From the NCBI GenBank assembly GCA_949292335.1, contig CASEYY010000040.1, positions 4,885 through 68,884 of the forward strand: a stretch of DNA of 64,000 nt, written 5' to 3'. Origin of the DNA: an uncultured Pseudomonadota bacterium (GTDB lineage Bacteria; Pseudomonadota; Alphaproteobacteria; RF32; CAG-239). Positions 43,347 through 52,514 of the stretch are shown one piece after another. Both the position numbers and the translations under genes were made by a program. The notes beneath the pieces were generated by a model. That model was given only the letters and a program-made list of their open reading frames with translations, was not told where the DNA came from and made no database searches. Each line of letters begins with the position of its first letter. Position 1 is the first letter of the stretch.

Positions 43347-44009
43347 CTATGCGTTACGGATAAGACCTTCGGAAATTTGGCGATTTATGTTAATAAAGCT
43401 ATCAAGCATTTTCTGATCTATATTTTCCAAATTCTGTCCCAATTTAATAGTATTTTTAGCCACATAATCGGCCAATTTAATCAAATTATCTCTAATATCT
43501 TGCGGCAAATTGGTTTTATTTCCTACCATCAAAGTTTTAATCATTACCCACAATCTCTGGTTTTTATCCAAAGCTTCAATAAATTCTTCTTTATTATTTG
43601 CCTTATGTGCTTCAGACATATCTAAAGCACATTTAGCCAAGAAATAAGCCTCTTGTTGAGCCAAATTGGCACTTACAGATTCCATTAACCCCTGAGATAT
43701 TTGGCGATTAATTTCAGCCAAAGATTTATAATAATTTTCGGTCATATTAACCCCGTGGGTAATTGTAATTTGCTCCACATACTTCGACAGCTTAGTCAAA
43801 TTATCCTTAATTTCTTGCGACATTGAATTTTTATGACTTTTCATTGAGGCCTCAATAGCGACCCACATTTTCATATTTTCATCCAATATCAACAACTTAT
43901 ATGTATCATTTTTTGACTTAGCGGCATTTTCCAAATAATCCGAATAGTTTTGCAATAATTCGGCTTCTCTGGTCGCGGCCTCGATTTGTTCTTTAATTTC
44001 ATCCAACAT
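43347..44009 (-). CDS. flaF: Flagellar biosynthesis regulator FlaF, tandem two-domain form
   Basis: Two consecutive halves each carry the FlaF pattern N..(M/L)W......M.....N.(M/L)(S/P)Q(E/D)I(K/R)DNL.KL..YV......G........IN(I)NRQIS(Q/E)GL. Confidence 0.6.
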   Translation of the reverse strand: MLDEIKEQIEAATREAELLQNYSDYLENAAKSKNDTYKLLILDENMKMWVAIEASMKSHKNSMSQEIKDNLTKLSKYVEQITITHGVNMTENYYKSLAEINRQISQGLMESVSANLAQQEAYFLAKCALDMSEAHKANNKEEFIEALDKNQRLWVMIKTLMVGNKTNLPQDIRDNLIKLADYVAKNTIKLGQNLENIDQKMLDSFININRQISEGLIRNA

Positions 44010-44152
44010 TTTTTTAATCCATTAACAAAAATCATTAACATCAAACGCCTACTGCCTCTAAATAAGTATTGATAAGAGAAAGGTTTGCCTTTTATTAAAG
44101 AAAAATTGGGGAAAATATTTTCTGTAAGAGCAAACCCTTCCCATCAATTCTG

Positions 44153-44192
44153 CGGCACGAACTCGCATTTCTCCGAGCCGTTCCGTTTTTTT
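44153..44192 (+). terminator. Orphan plus-strand intrinsic terminator in the flgH-flaF spacer
   Basis: cggcacg...cgttccg (6 of 7 bp) with an inner ctcg/cgag helix, then a T7 run. There is no plus-strand gene upstream. Confidence 0.4.
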
Positions 44193-44259
44193 AAGAAAAA
44201 ATTGGGGAGATTTCTTCTTAAAAACTTTATCACATAATAATAGGGGAAACTTTTCTTTA

Positions 44260-45030
44260 TCAGAACGGAGCCACGATATCCAAAATCTGTCTGCCGTATC
44301 TCGGCTGTTGAACATCGGTAATTACGCCCTGTCCGCCGTAAGATACTCTAAGCTCGGCAATTTTGCTCGACTCGATTGTATTATCGGAAGAAATATCGGC
44401 CCTTCTGATGATACCTCGCATTGAAAGTTGCCTTACTTCATAGCTCACTCTTATTTCCTGCGTACCTTCAATTACCAAATTTCCGTTCGGTAATACTTGG
44501 GTCACAATGGCCGCAAAGGTCAAATCTATGGTTTCTTGTCGATCGATTTTACCATCACCCGAGATTTCACGGTTTGAAGTTATATCAACCAGGTTGTCTT
44601 TATCCACCGCATCGGGAAATACATTACCCAAATACTGCTCATATCCGAAGGCTGCTCCGATGCCGAGTGAATCGGTGTTATCATCACGATTTTGCTCCAT
44701 TTCGTTTTCCATCAAAGCATTATCTTTGGCTGATACTTTAACAGTAATAATATCGCCGACTTTAGAAGCTCTCTGATCCTTGAAAAATCCGTCAGCTCCC
44801 TGATGCCACAAAGAATTTGCCGCTTGTTTCACTTCCTGTTTTTCCGGCATAGGCATGGAAACCGGCTCATATCCTTTGGCCTCTACCGGATTGGTAATCG
44901 GGGTAAGCGGCGGCTCCTGCCCGACCTGAGTTAATCTCGACCACATTCCGCAACCCGATAATGATGTTGCCATCATCAATATTGCAATGTGTTTCACGAT
45001 TTTTTTATTATTCAAATTCATATCTACCAC
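44260..45030 (-). CDS. flgH: Flagellar L-ring lipoprotein
   Basis: Lipobox LSGCG and the FlgH core (GDIITV.V...........I...G.Q.I....E...L.GI.R..DI). Confidence 0.9.
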   Translation of the reverse strand: MVDMNLNNKKIVKHIAILMMATSLSGCGMWSRLTQVGQEPPLTPITNPVEAKGYEPVSMPMPEKQEVKQAANSLWHQGADGFFKDQRASKVGDIITVKVSAKDNALMENEMEQNRDDNTDSLGIGAAFGYEQYLGNVFPDAVDKDNLVDITSNREISGDGKIDRQETIDLTFAAIVTQVLPNGNLVIEGTQEIRVSYEVRQLSMRGIIRRADISSDNTIESSKIAELRVSYGGQGVITDVQQPRYGRQILDIVAPF

Positions 45031-45040
45031 TCCTAAAAGA

Positions 45041-45751
45041 CTATTCGGCCATAATTTTAACCGTATTTTTATCTACCACTTCACCGAGTATTTCTTTCTG
45101 GCTTTTGGTATTTAGCAACTTTATTTTGCTTCCTTTTGCACCGTCTTCCAAAGCTTCCAATTTGGAAGTTATCTGCAATCCCTTGTGAGTATAAACCGCC
45201 AGTACCGTATTTCCTTTTTTGATAATTATTTCCTCTCTGATATCGCGTTTACTGACCGGTTTACCGGCTTTAATATTTCTGATTGCCTGTTTACCTACCA
45301 GTTCGCCTTTACTAATAATATCATCTTCCCGCAAACGATTGCTCCGTATTTTTCTAGGTTCCAGATTATCTTCTTTAATCACCTCATCTTTAGCAATATC
45401 CACCGCCGGCAACCAAACTTCCGTCGCTATGAAATATCGACCGACCAACTTGGTTTTCTCCAGTGGATTACCATCGGCAAAAATTTCCGCATCAGTGGTA
45501 AAGCGATTTTGTTCCTCGTCCAAAGAAAAGTTTGAAAACAAGATTTTGGCAACTTGTGCATTGGGTAAATCAAAGGATGTTTTTCCGCCGAATATTTCAA
45601 TTTCGACTTCTCCGTCAACACCCTGCTCGACAAATTCATTTTGCAAAGCTTCCGTAACATCATCCGAACCGAGTTTGAGGGCTGCCTCGGCTTGAGAAGA
45701 TAAAGTCATCGTCAAAACAAAAGTTAAAACCAATACCCAACGCATAATCAC
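45041..45751 (-). CDS. flgA: Flagellar P-ring assembly chaperone
   Basis: Signal peptide and a SAF/ChapFlgA-type C-terminal region (G.PV...D.......KG..V......GL.I....AL.DG..G..I...N). Located between flgG and flgH. Confidence 0.75.
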   Translation of the reverse strand: MIMRWVLVLTFVLTMTLSSQAEAALKLGSDDVTEALQNEFVEQGVDGEVEIEIFGGKTSFDLPNAQVAKILFSNFSLDEEQNRFTTDAEIFADGNPLEKTKLVGRYFIATEVWLPAVDIAKDEVIKEDNLEPRKIRSNRLREDDIISKGELVGKQAIRNIKAGKPVSKRDIREEIIIKKGNTVLAVYTHKGLQITSKLEALEDGAKGSKIKLLNTKSQKEILGEVVDKNTVKIMAE

Positions 45752-45756
45752 TCACC

Positions 45757-46545
45757 CTACTTCATTTGGTTAATGGTACTCAACATTGCATCGGCGGTGG
45801 TTATGATTTTGGAATTCATTTCATAAGCTCGCTGAGCCGATACCAATTCGGTAATTTCGGTTACGGGGTTAACATTTGAAGTATTAAGATAGCCCTGCAG
45901 AATTGAACCAAAACCTTCGGCATCGGGATTATCAACCACTGGAGCACCTGAAGCCTCGGTTTCCAAGAACAGATTATCGCCCAAAGCTTCCAAACCGGCC
46001 TCGTTCACAAAAGTTGCCAATTCGAGCTGTCCGACATTAACTTCATCGGTTTCACCGTCTTGTTTAATCCATACTTCACCGGAGCTGTTTACATAAACTT
46101 CGGTAGCATCTTCGGGGATTGTAATTTCCGGCTGTACGATATAACCATCGTGAGTAACTATTGTTCCGTCGCCATTTCTCTGGAAAGCGCCATCACGAGT
46201 ATAGGCAGTTCCTTTACCTTCCGGTAGCTCGATGGTAAAATAACCTCTGCCTCTGATAGCCAAATCCAAATCGTTTCCGGTCGAGGTCAAAGAACCGCCT
46301 TCGGTAATTCTGTATATAGCCGAAGTTCTGACCCCAAGTCCCATTTGAATACCGGCCGGAACGATAGTGTTATCGGCGGTTGAAGCCGACCCTGGACGCA
46401 CAATATTTTGATAAAGCAAGTCGCTAAACTCGGCTCTTCTTTTGGTATAAGCCGTAGTATTCATATTGGCGATATTGTTGGCAATGGTATCAACATTGGT
46501 TTGTTGAGCCAACATTCCGGTAGCACCTATTTGTAAAGATCTCAT
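45757..46545 (-). CDS. flgG: Flagellar distal rod protein
   Basis: MRSLQIGATGMLAQQTNVDTIANNIANMNTTAY plus the C-terminal rod signature. Confidence 0.9.
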   Translation of the reverse strand: MRSLQIGATGMLAQQTNVDTIANNIANMNTTAYTKRRAEFSDLLYQNIVRPGSASTADNTIVPAGIQMGLGVRTSAIYRITEGGSLTSTGNDLDLAIRGRGYFTIELPEGKGTAYTRDGAFQRNGDGTIVTHDGYIVQPEITIPEDATEVYVNSSGEVWIKQDGETDEVNVGQLELATFVNEAGLEALGDNLFLETEASGAPVVDNPDAEGFGSILQGYLNTSNVNPVTEITELVSAQRAYEMNSKIITTADAMLSTINQMK

Positions 46546-46566
46546 TTTATTATTCCCCTCAAAAAA

Positions 46567-47310
46567 TTAAGCCAGTTCGGCAAAAGTTGAAATTGTATTG
46601 GACAAACGGTCATGTTCTTCATCAATCATTTGCTGAACATAATCGTAACTGCGTTGAATTTTTACCAGATTAGTCATTTCGGTAATGGCATTCACATTGG
46701 AAGCCTCGACCATACCCTGAGCGATTCTGACATTCTCGCTGCCGACGGTCATTTGATTGCCTGCGGTATTTTCAAACAAAACATTGGCTACTTTGAGCAA
46801 CTTTTGGTTATCGGCAAATTTTGCCACTTTGAGTCTGCCGATAAGACCGTTTTCGGTCATGACATCACCGCTTTCGGAAATGGTAATTTCGGTTTCACCC
46901 GGAGCAAAGAAAAACGGAGCATTATTTTCGCTAAGCACCAAATCGCCCTCGGTTGTGACCAAAGCACCGTCTTCATTTAGGGTAAACTGTCCTTTGCGGG
47001 TATATTTTTCGCCGTCTTTAGTTTCGATACAGAAGAATCCGTCGCCTTTGATAGCCAAATCAAAAGTATTACCGGTAGACTTAAAAGTTCCCTCGGCAAA
47101 ATCCTGAAAACTGGCAAAATCCATGGTAAAATATTGCGGAGCCGAAGCTATTCCTTGAGCCTCGGGTGTTTGCTTAACAAACGAAGTAAAAAGCACATCA
47201 TCTTGCTTATAGCCGGCAGTATTCATATTGGCCATATTATTGGAAACGATATTCATTTGTTTCCATAAAGCCATCTGGCGAGAAAGTGCGATATAAGAAG
47301 TATTATCCAT
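46567..47310 (-). CDS. flgF: Flagellar proximal rod protein
   Basis: 247-aa rod-family N- and C-terminal motifs, directly upstream of flgG. Confidence 0.85.
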   Translation of the reverse strand: MDNTSYIALSRQMALWKQMNIVSNNMANMNTAGYKQDDVLFTSFVKQTPEAQGIASAPQYFTMDFASFQDFAEGTFKSTGNTFDLAIKGDGFFCIETKDGEKYTRKGQFTLNEDGALVTTEGDLVLSENNAPFFFAPGETEITISESGDVMTENGLIGRLKVAKFADNQKLLKVANVLFENTAGNQMTVGSENVRIAQGMVEASNVNAITEMTNLVKIQRSYDYVQQMIDEEHDRLSNTISTFAELA

Positions 47311-47380
47311 AAATTTTCCCCTTAACTTAAAAACTATTCCCCAATAGTTTCGGATAAAATTTCACTGTTGCAAAACTATA

Positions 47381-47396
47381 TGCAATTTTTGTGCCA
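47381..47396 (-). promoter_or_regulatory. Sigma54 (-24/-12) promoter of flgFGAH
   Basis: Minus strand reads TGGCAC-aaaaa-TTGCA, a perfect match to TGGCAC-N5-TTGCA, about 70 nt upstream of the flgF ATG. Confidence 0.75.
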
Positions 47397-47475
47397 TTTT
47401 TCAAAACAGTTAAAAAACAAAGAAAAATCTTGCCAAAGGGAAATATATAATATAGAGAAGATAGTGATAACCGAT

Positions 47476-47549
47476 GCAGGTATAATTCAATGGTAGAATG
47501 TGAGCTTCCCAAGCTTAATATGCGGGTTCGATTCCCGTTACCTGCTCCA
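47476..47549 (+). tRNA. tRNA-Gly (anticodon CCC)
   Basis: Cloverleaf folded by hand: acceptor gcaggta/tacctgc, anticodon loop ttCCCaa, T arm gcggg-ttcgatt-cccgt, CCA encoded. Confidence 0.9.
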
Positions 47550-47596
47550 AAGTTTTAAGAAATATTTGTTTTTCTTAGTCTCTAAAGGAGCTACCC

Positions 47597-48361
47597 ATGC
47601 ACCTTTCAATCAAGCCCATGAATAAAAAAGCCAACTTAGAAAGTTGCTTATTATTTCAACAAGATGCCGTATCCGCATATTGGCGAGAACCCTTATTTTC
47701 CGCATACACATTTTTGGATAAAGAAAAAGGACTTAATTCTGATTGGAAATCACGAAAAAAATATATTACGGAAGAATTAACCAAGCTATACGCAAACACA
47801 AAATCAGAACTGATTGATAAATCAAAATTTTTTCAAACAGTATGGAATAATCACGAAACAAAAGTAAATGAAATATTCTCGCAAACATTCAAAATTAATT
47901 GCCATAATCTGTTCAATGATTTAAAAGTCGATATTTCATTAAACCCAATATGTCCGCGTTGGCTTAAATTAAAATATTTCACTGTCTTTTATCAAAGTAA
48001 TGAAACAAAATTTATGGAAACATCCATTCATGAAATAATTCATTTTGTATGGTTTTATATATGGAATCAAACATTTAAAGACGACTACAAAGATTATGAA
48101 AACCCTAATCTTAAGTGGGTATTAAGTGAAATGGTTGTTGATACTTTCGTAAAAAATACTGATATTGGCCGCTTATTTTTGAAAAAAAACCATAATAACA
48201 CGGTTTATAGCTATTTTTACAATATGCTAATAAATGAAATTCCCATACTCGAAACTATGTCTCAGATATATCAAAATTCCACAGACATACCACAATTTAT
48301 GCAAAAAGCTTATGACTACTGTCTTGACAATGAAACCGCAATAAGAACACAAATTCTATAA
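47597..48361 (+). CDS. Hypothetical protein with an HExxH motif (putative zinc metallopeptidase fold)
   Basis: 254-aa, very AT-rich ORF with the motif SIHEIIHFVW. Confidence 0.5.
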   Translation: MHLSIKPMNKKANLESCLLFQQDAVSAYWREPLFSAYTFLDKEKGLNSDWKSRKKYITEELTKLYANTKSELIDKSKFFQTVWNNHETKVNEIFSQTFKINCHNLFNDLKVDISLNPICPRWLKLKYFTVFYQSNETKFMETSIHEIIHFVWFYIWNQTFKDDYKDYENPNLKWVLSEMVVDTFVKNTDIGRLFLKKNHNNTVYSYFYNMLINEIPILETMSQIYQNSTDIPQFMQKAYDYCLDNETAIRTQIL

Positions 48362-48386
48362 TAAACAAACGGGTAAAAAAACAAAA

Positions 48387-48406
48387 ATTCCCTCTACCTG
48401 CTCCAA
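48387..48406 (+). repeat. Duplicate of the tRNA-Gly 3' end (18 of 20 match to 47531-47550)
   Basis: attccctctacctgctccaa versus attcccgttacctgctccaa. Confidence 0.7.
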
Positions 48407-48412
48407 TTACAC

Positions 48413-48439
48413 GGCTCCTCACTCAGAGGAGCCTTTTTT
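48413..48439 (+). terminator. Intrinsic terminator (probably the original tRNA-Gly terminator)
   Basis: ggctcct-cactcag-aggagcc followed by a T6 run. Confidence 0.75.
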
Positions 48440-48557
48440 CGTATAATAACATACTAATCTCGCCGATAAATATTATATAAATGTTGACGAGCGATAGCAT
48501 TCACATTATAAATCTAAGAAGTGTGTTTTTACTATTAATTAAGTTAAGGAACAAAAA

Positions 48558-49565
48558 ATGGCATTTCAAACCAAACGCATTATCAAAAAAGCTATTTCAT
48601 GGGCCGGACTTTTCTTTTTTGCCGTAGCGGCATATATGTTATATACCCAACTTTCCAAATACAGCCTTGCTGATATTAAGGAAGCGATTCTGTCCATCCC
48701 CGCCAAAAACTTATGGATGGCTTGTGCCGCTTCATTTTTCGGTTATGTAGCTTTATCATCATACGATTACTTAGCTTTGCGTTATATCGGACGCAAATTG
48801 GCCGCATGGAAGTGGATATTTGCCGGCTTTATCGGTTTTTCGGTGAGTAATAATGCCGGTCATGCCATTGTCTCCGGCGGCACCATTCGTTATCGTCTTT
48901 ACACTCGCTGGCGTTTCAGAGGTTCCGAAATTGTCCGTATGGTAACTTTTTCCGGTTTTACCTATCTGGTTGCCTGCTTCTTCTTAATTATAATCGGTTA
49001 TATCATAACCCCCAACCATGCTTTTGGCTCCGGCTCGGTATCCAAGCTCACCACCGAGATTGTGGCTCTCATATCCTTAATTGGATTGATTGGTTATTTT
49101 GCCCTAAGCATATGGTATAAAAAACCGTTGATTATCAAAGAAATAGAGCTTGATATGCCGCGTCCCAAAATGGCTTTGGCACAAGTTATAATCGGAGCTG
49201 CCGACATTGTTATGGCTTCTTTGGTATTATATTTTTCGCTTATTTCATTTATAGATATTCCGTTTGAAACATTCATGGGCGTATTCATCATAGCTCAGGT
49301 TCTGGGAGTATTTAGCCAAGTTCCCGGCGGTTTGGGCGTTTTTGAAGGATTGTTTATGTACATTATCCCCGGTGAACACAACCAAGCCATGCTGTTTGGT
49401 GCATTACTGGCCTACCGTATTATATACTATTTGCTTCCTTTGGTATTGTCGGCCATTGTCTTGTTTAGCTACGAAGGCTATCTAAAATATGTCAAAAAGC
49501 AGCAACTTGAACGCATTAAACTGCTTCGTTTGCACGAGATGCAAAAAATAGCCGCCGATAAATAG
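48558..49565 (+). CDS. UPF0104 / LPG-synthase-TM-type integral membrane protein
   Basis: 335 aa with about 8 TM segments. The N-terminal pattern resembles the YbhN/MprF flippase-domain family. Confidence 0.5.
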   Translation: MAFQTKRIIKKAISWAGLFFFAVAAYMLYTQLSKYSLADIKEAILSIPAKNLWMACAASFFGYVALSSYDYLALRYIGRKLAAWKWIFAGFIGFSVSNNAGHAIVSGGTIRYRLYTRWRFRGSEIVRMVTFSGFTYLVACFFLIIIGYIITPNHAFGSGSVSKLTTEIVALISLIGLIGYFALSIWYKKPLIIKEIELDMPRPKMALAQVIIGAADIVMASLVLYFSLISFIDIPFETFMGVFIIAQVLGVFSQVPGGLGVFEGLFMYIIPGEHNQAMLFGALLAYRIIYYLLPLVLSAIVLFSYEGYLKYVKKQQLERIKLLRLHEMQKIAADK

Positions 49566-49570
49566 CTCAC

Positions 49571-49598
49571 AAAAAAACTCCGCTCGCGGAGTTTTTTT
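49571..49598. terminator. Bidirectional intrinsic terminator
   Basis: An A7 run, actccg-ctcg-cggagt, then a T7 run. Confidence 0.75.
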
Positions 49599-49615
49599 AC
49601 ATCATAACCCGATGG

Positions 49616-50824
49616 TTAGAATGGGCTGCTCACTTGCGGAGATTTAATTTCGACAATCTCCTCAGCCATTATTTCTTGTTCTATGGGCTTTTCTTGTACC
49701 TTCGGAACATCAACCGGCTTAACTTCTTCTGCTTTGCTCTCGACAACCGGCTCAGCCGCCTTAACCGGTTCTTTTACCGCCTGCTTTTTAGGAGTTCTGT
49801 CTATACCCAAAGATTTTTCTATGGCCTTTTTCTCGGCCTCTTTTTCACTGGCGGTAATCAAATCCAGTTCATACAAGACCTCCAACCGACGCAAATCCTT
49901 AGCGGCATCCAAAATATTTTTGGAAGGAGCTTTGTTTTTCAATCTTTCTCTGGGATTAGGCGACATCAAAGCTTCAATAATAACCTCGCGTTCAGCCGAA
50001 AATTCCCTTGGAGTAATGGCTCTTGATTCTACCCCGTCCTTTAATATTTCAATTCTTTCAATAATCAAATCAGGCGACGGCACCGGCTCAACGACATTAA
50101 CCCCGGGAGCTTTATTGGTCAAAGGCAACAAACCGCCGATATTTGCGGTTCTTCTGGTCAAAAATTCCTCCTTGGTAATTAAATCTTTCTCGGCCAATTC
50201 TTTCAAAATCAAAAAGCGAGAGACAATATTTTGCTCATCCTGATTAAAGATGTCATCAATTCCAACCGGCTGAGTCTGTACCGCCGGTATTGATTTTTTG
50301 TTCAAAGCTTCGGCAATGGTATTTTTACTTTGCTCGGCACCGTTTTTTTCCGATATTGAAAAGCTCTTTGAGCCATCCCGATTTTCAATAGTGAGTTTAT
50401 TTTGCGTAATAGTAATTGCCCGCAGATTATTCTTAGCGGTATCGACTATTTTGTGCGGCTGTCCGTCTTTGGTACCCAAAACGGAAGTTTCATCACCATT
50501 AATTATAATCAAATCTTCATAATACTGTCTGGCACGGTTATATCTGCCGAGTTTTTCCGAAGCCAAGGCTCCCACCAACAGAGCCTGTTGGTTACGCGGA
50601 TTTTCTTTCAAAGCCTCGACGGTATTTTGCAAAGACTTATCAAAATCGCCTTGTAAATACAACATTGTTGCTTTTTCGGCATACTCCTGCCCGCTTTTTT
50701 CAAACATTGAGACAAACCAATTTGATTCTTCCGCGGTATCTTGTTTATCGACGACCGCACAAGCCGACAGCAGGCTTAAAGCCGTAGCCGACAACAAAAC
50801 TCTGCTAAAATTGCGAGCAAACAT
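49616..50824 (-). CDS. Lipoprotein with an N-terminal TPR-like region and three SHOCT-like short repeats
   Basis: Start trimmed to MFARNF..LLSACAV (lipobox). Repeats KDLITKEEFLTRR, RAITPREFSAERE and LDLITASEKEAEKK. Confidence 0.5.
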   Translation of the reverse strand: MFARNFSRVLLSATALSLLSACAVVDKQDTAEESNWFVSMFEKSGQEYAEKATMLYLQGDFDKSLQNTVEALKENPRNQQALLVGALASEKLGRYNRARQYYEDLIIINGDETSVLGTKDGQPHKIVDTAKNNLRAITITQNKLTIENRDGSKSFSISEKNGAEQSKNTIAEALNKKSIPAVQTQPVGIDDIFNQDEQNIVSRFLILKELAEKDLITKEEFLTRRTANIGGLLPLTNKAPGVNVVEPVPSPDLIIERIEILKDGVESRAITPREFSAEREVIIEALMSPNPRERLKNKAPSKNILDAAKDLRRLEVLYELDLITASEKEAEKKAIEKSLGIDRTPKKQAVKEPVKAAEPVVESKAEEVKPVDVPKVQEKPIEQEIMAEEIVEIKSPQVSSPF

Positions 50825-50979
50825 CACAATCCACTCCCGAAATAAAAAACAATCGTTAGGCACATATTATAAAAGAATAAAAGAGATTACAATAATTTTG
50901 TTTGCATTGTGAATTTATGCTTGATTTAAAAAAATATTAAGTTAGTATTCTGGCAAACAAAAGGTAGTAACAAGCACCG

Positions 50980-51064
50980 GCGGGTGTGGCGGAATTGGTA
51001 GACGCGTCAGACTTAGGATCTGATTTCGCAAGGAGTGGGGGTTCAAGTCCCTTCACCCGCACCA
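50980..51064 (+). tRNA. tRNA-Leu (anticodon TAG), long variable arm
   Basis: Acceptor gcgggtg/cacccgc, anticodon loop ctTAGga, 13-nt variable arm, CCA encoded. Confidence 0.9.
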
Positions 51065-51109
51065 TCGTTGGTTAGCGGTGTTTTTTCATTTTAAAAAGAG
51101 AGATAATAG

Positions 51110-52465
51110 ATGAAGATTAATGAATTAAAGTCCGAAGGTCTTAAGAAATCATACAAAGTCGTAATTTCTAAAGAAGACTTTGCCAAAGATATCGACAATA
51201 AACTTTCCCAAATTGCCAAGAAAGCCAAAATACAGGGCTTTCGTGCCGGTAAAGCTCCGCTTTCCATGGTTAAAAAGAAATTTTTAAACGAAGTTATGAG
51301 CGAAGCCTTGGATGATGCCGTCCGCAATGGCAGCAATCAGGTATTAAGCGACAACAAACTTCGTCCGGTTAGCCAACCGGCTATCAAAATCACCTCTTTC
51401 GGCGAAGGTAAAGACCTCGAATTTGATATGGATGTTGAAATCTTGCCCGAAATCAAGCTCGGAGATTTTACAAAAATTTCTTTAGACAAATACACAGCCG
51501 AAGTTCCGGCCGCAGAAGTTGACAAAGCCGTAAAATACTTAGCCGAAGCTCGCAAAGAAAGCGTTAAAGTTGACGGCAAAAAAGCCGCCAAAGGCGATGT
51601 CGTTATGATTGACTTTGTCGGTTCTATTGACGGTGTTGAATTCAACGGCGGCAAAGGCAACGATTATCCTTTGGAGTTGGGTTCCGGTTCTTTCATCCCC
51701 GGTTTTGAAGATCAATTAATCGGTAGCGAAGCCGGCTCCAAAGTTGATGTAAAAGTCAAATTCCCAGATACTTATCACGCCAAAGATTTAGCCGGTAAAG
51801 ATGCAGTTTTTGCCGTTACGGTTAAAGAAGTTCGCGAACCCAAAGCCGTCGAAATCAACGACGAACTTGCCAAATCTCTGGGTGCTGAAAGCCTTGATAA
51901 ATTAAAAGAGACATTATCTTCTCGCATTAAGTCTGATTATGATAATGCTTCTCGCATGAAATTAAAAAGACAGCTTTTGGATGTTTTGGACTCCGAATAC
52001 AGCTTTGAAGTTCCCGCTTCATTGGTTGATGCCGAATATCAAGCTATCGTAAATCAGTACGAACAAGCCAAGAAATACAATCAGCTCGACGAAGAAGAGA
52101 AAAACAAAAAAGAAGAAGACTTGCTCAAAGAGTATAAAGATATTGCGGTTCGCCGAGTAAAACTCGGCTTGTTGTTATCGGAAGTCGGTCAAAATGCCAA
52201 AATCAGCATTAAACCCGAAGACATCAATGCCGCTATCATGAACGAAGCCAAGAGATACCCCGGCCAAGAGCAAATGGTTTTGGATTACTATCTCAAGAAC
52301 AAACAAGCTGTTGAAGCCCTGAAGGCTCCGATTTTTGAAGAAAAAATCATTGACTATATAATTTCACAAGCCAAACTCAACGAGAAAGTAGTTTCGGTAG
52401 AAGAATTGTATAAGTTTGATGAAGAAAAGAAGTCTGCTAAAAAATCGAGCAAAAAATCAGCTTAG
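51110..52465 (+). CDS. tig: Trigger factor
   Basis: 451 aa with an FKBP-type PPIase core (GDVVMIDFVGSIDGVEFNGGKG). Confidence 0.95.
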   Translation: MKINELKSEGLKKSYKVVISKEDFAKDIDNKLSQIAKKAKIQGFRAGKAPLSMVKKKFLNEVMSEALDDAVRNGSNQVLSDNKLRPVSQPAIKITSFGEGKDLEFDMDVEILPEIKLGDFTKISLDKYTAEVPAAEVDKAVKYLAEARKESVKVDGKKAAKGDVVMIDFVGSIDGVEFNGGKGNDYPLELGSGSFIPGFEDQLIGSEAGSKVDVKVKFPDTYHAKDLAGKDAVFAVTVKEVREPKAVEINDELAKSLGAESLDKLKETLSSRIKSDYDNASRMKLKRQLLDVLDSEYSFEVPASLVDAEYQAIVNQYEQAKKYNQLDEEEKNKKEEDLLKEYKDIAVRRVKLGLLLSEVGQNAKISIKPEDINAAIMNEAKRYPGQEQMVLDYYLKNKQAVEALKAPIFEEKIIDYIISQAKLNEKVVSVEELYKFDEEKKSAKKSSKKSA

Positions 52466-52483
52466 TTTAGCATAAATCAAAAA

Positions 52484-52514
52484 CCCCTTGCCAATTAAGC
52501 AAGGGGTTTGGTTT
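52484..52514 (+). terminator. tig terminator
   Basis: ccccttgc-caattaa-gcaagggg followed by tttggttt. Confidence 0.75.

Noticed and set aside
44150-44170. A sigma54-like GGCAC-N-CGCA element on the plus strand
   Set aside because: The GG-to-GC spacing is one nucleotide short, the -12 element is poor, and there is no plus-strand gene to drive.
44058-44315. The 85-aa minus-strand ORF in the flgH-flaF spacer
   Set aside because: It overlaps the flgH 3' end, has no RBS, and has odd composition. The region is better explained by repeats and hairpins.
47400-47475. A sigma70 promoter for tRNA-Gly (TTGCCA ... TATAAT)
   Set aside because: The spacer between the two hexamers is only about 10 nt, so the pair cannot function as drawn. 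The real promoter is unresolved.
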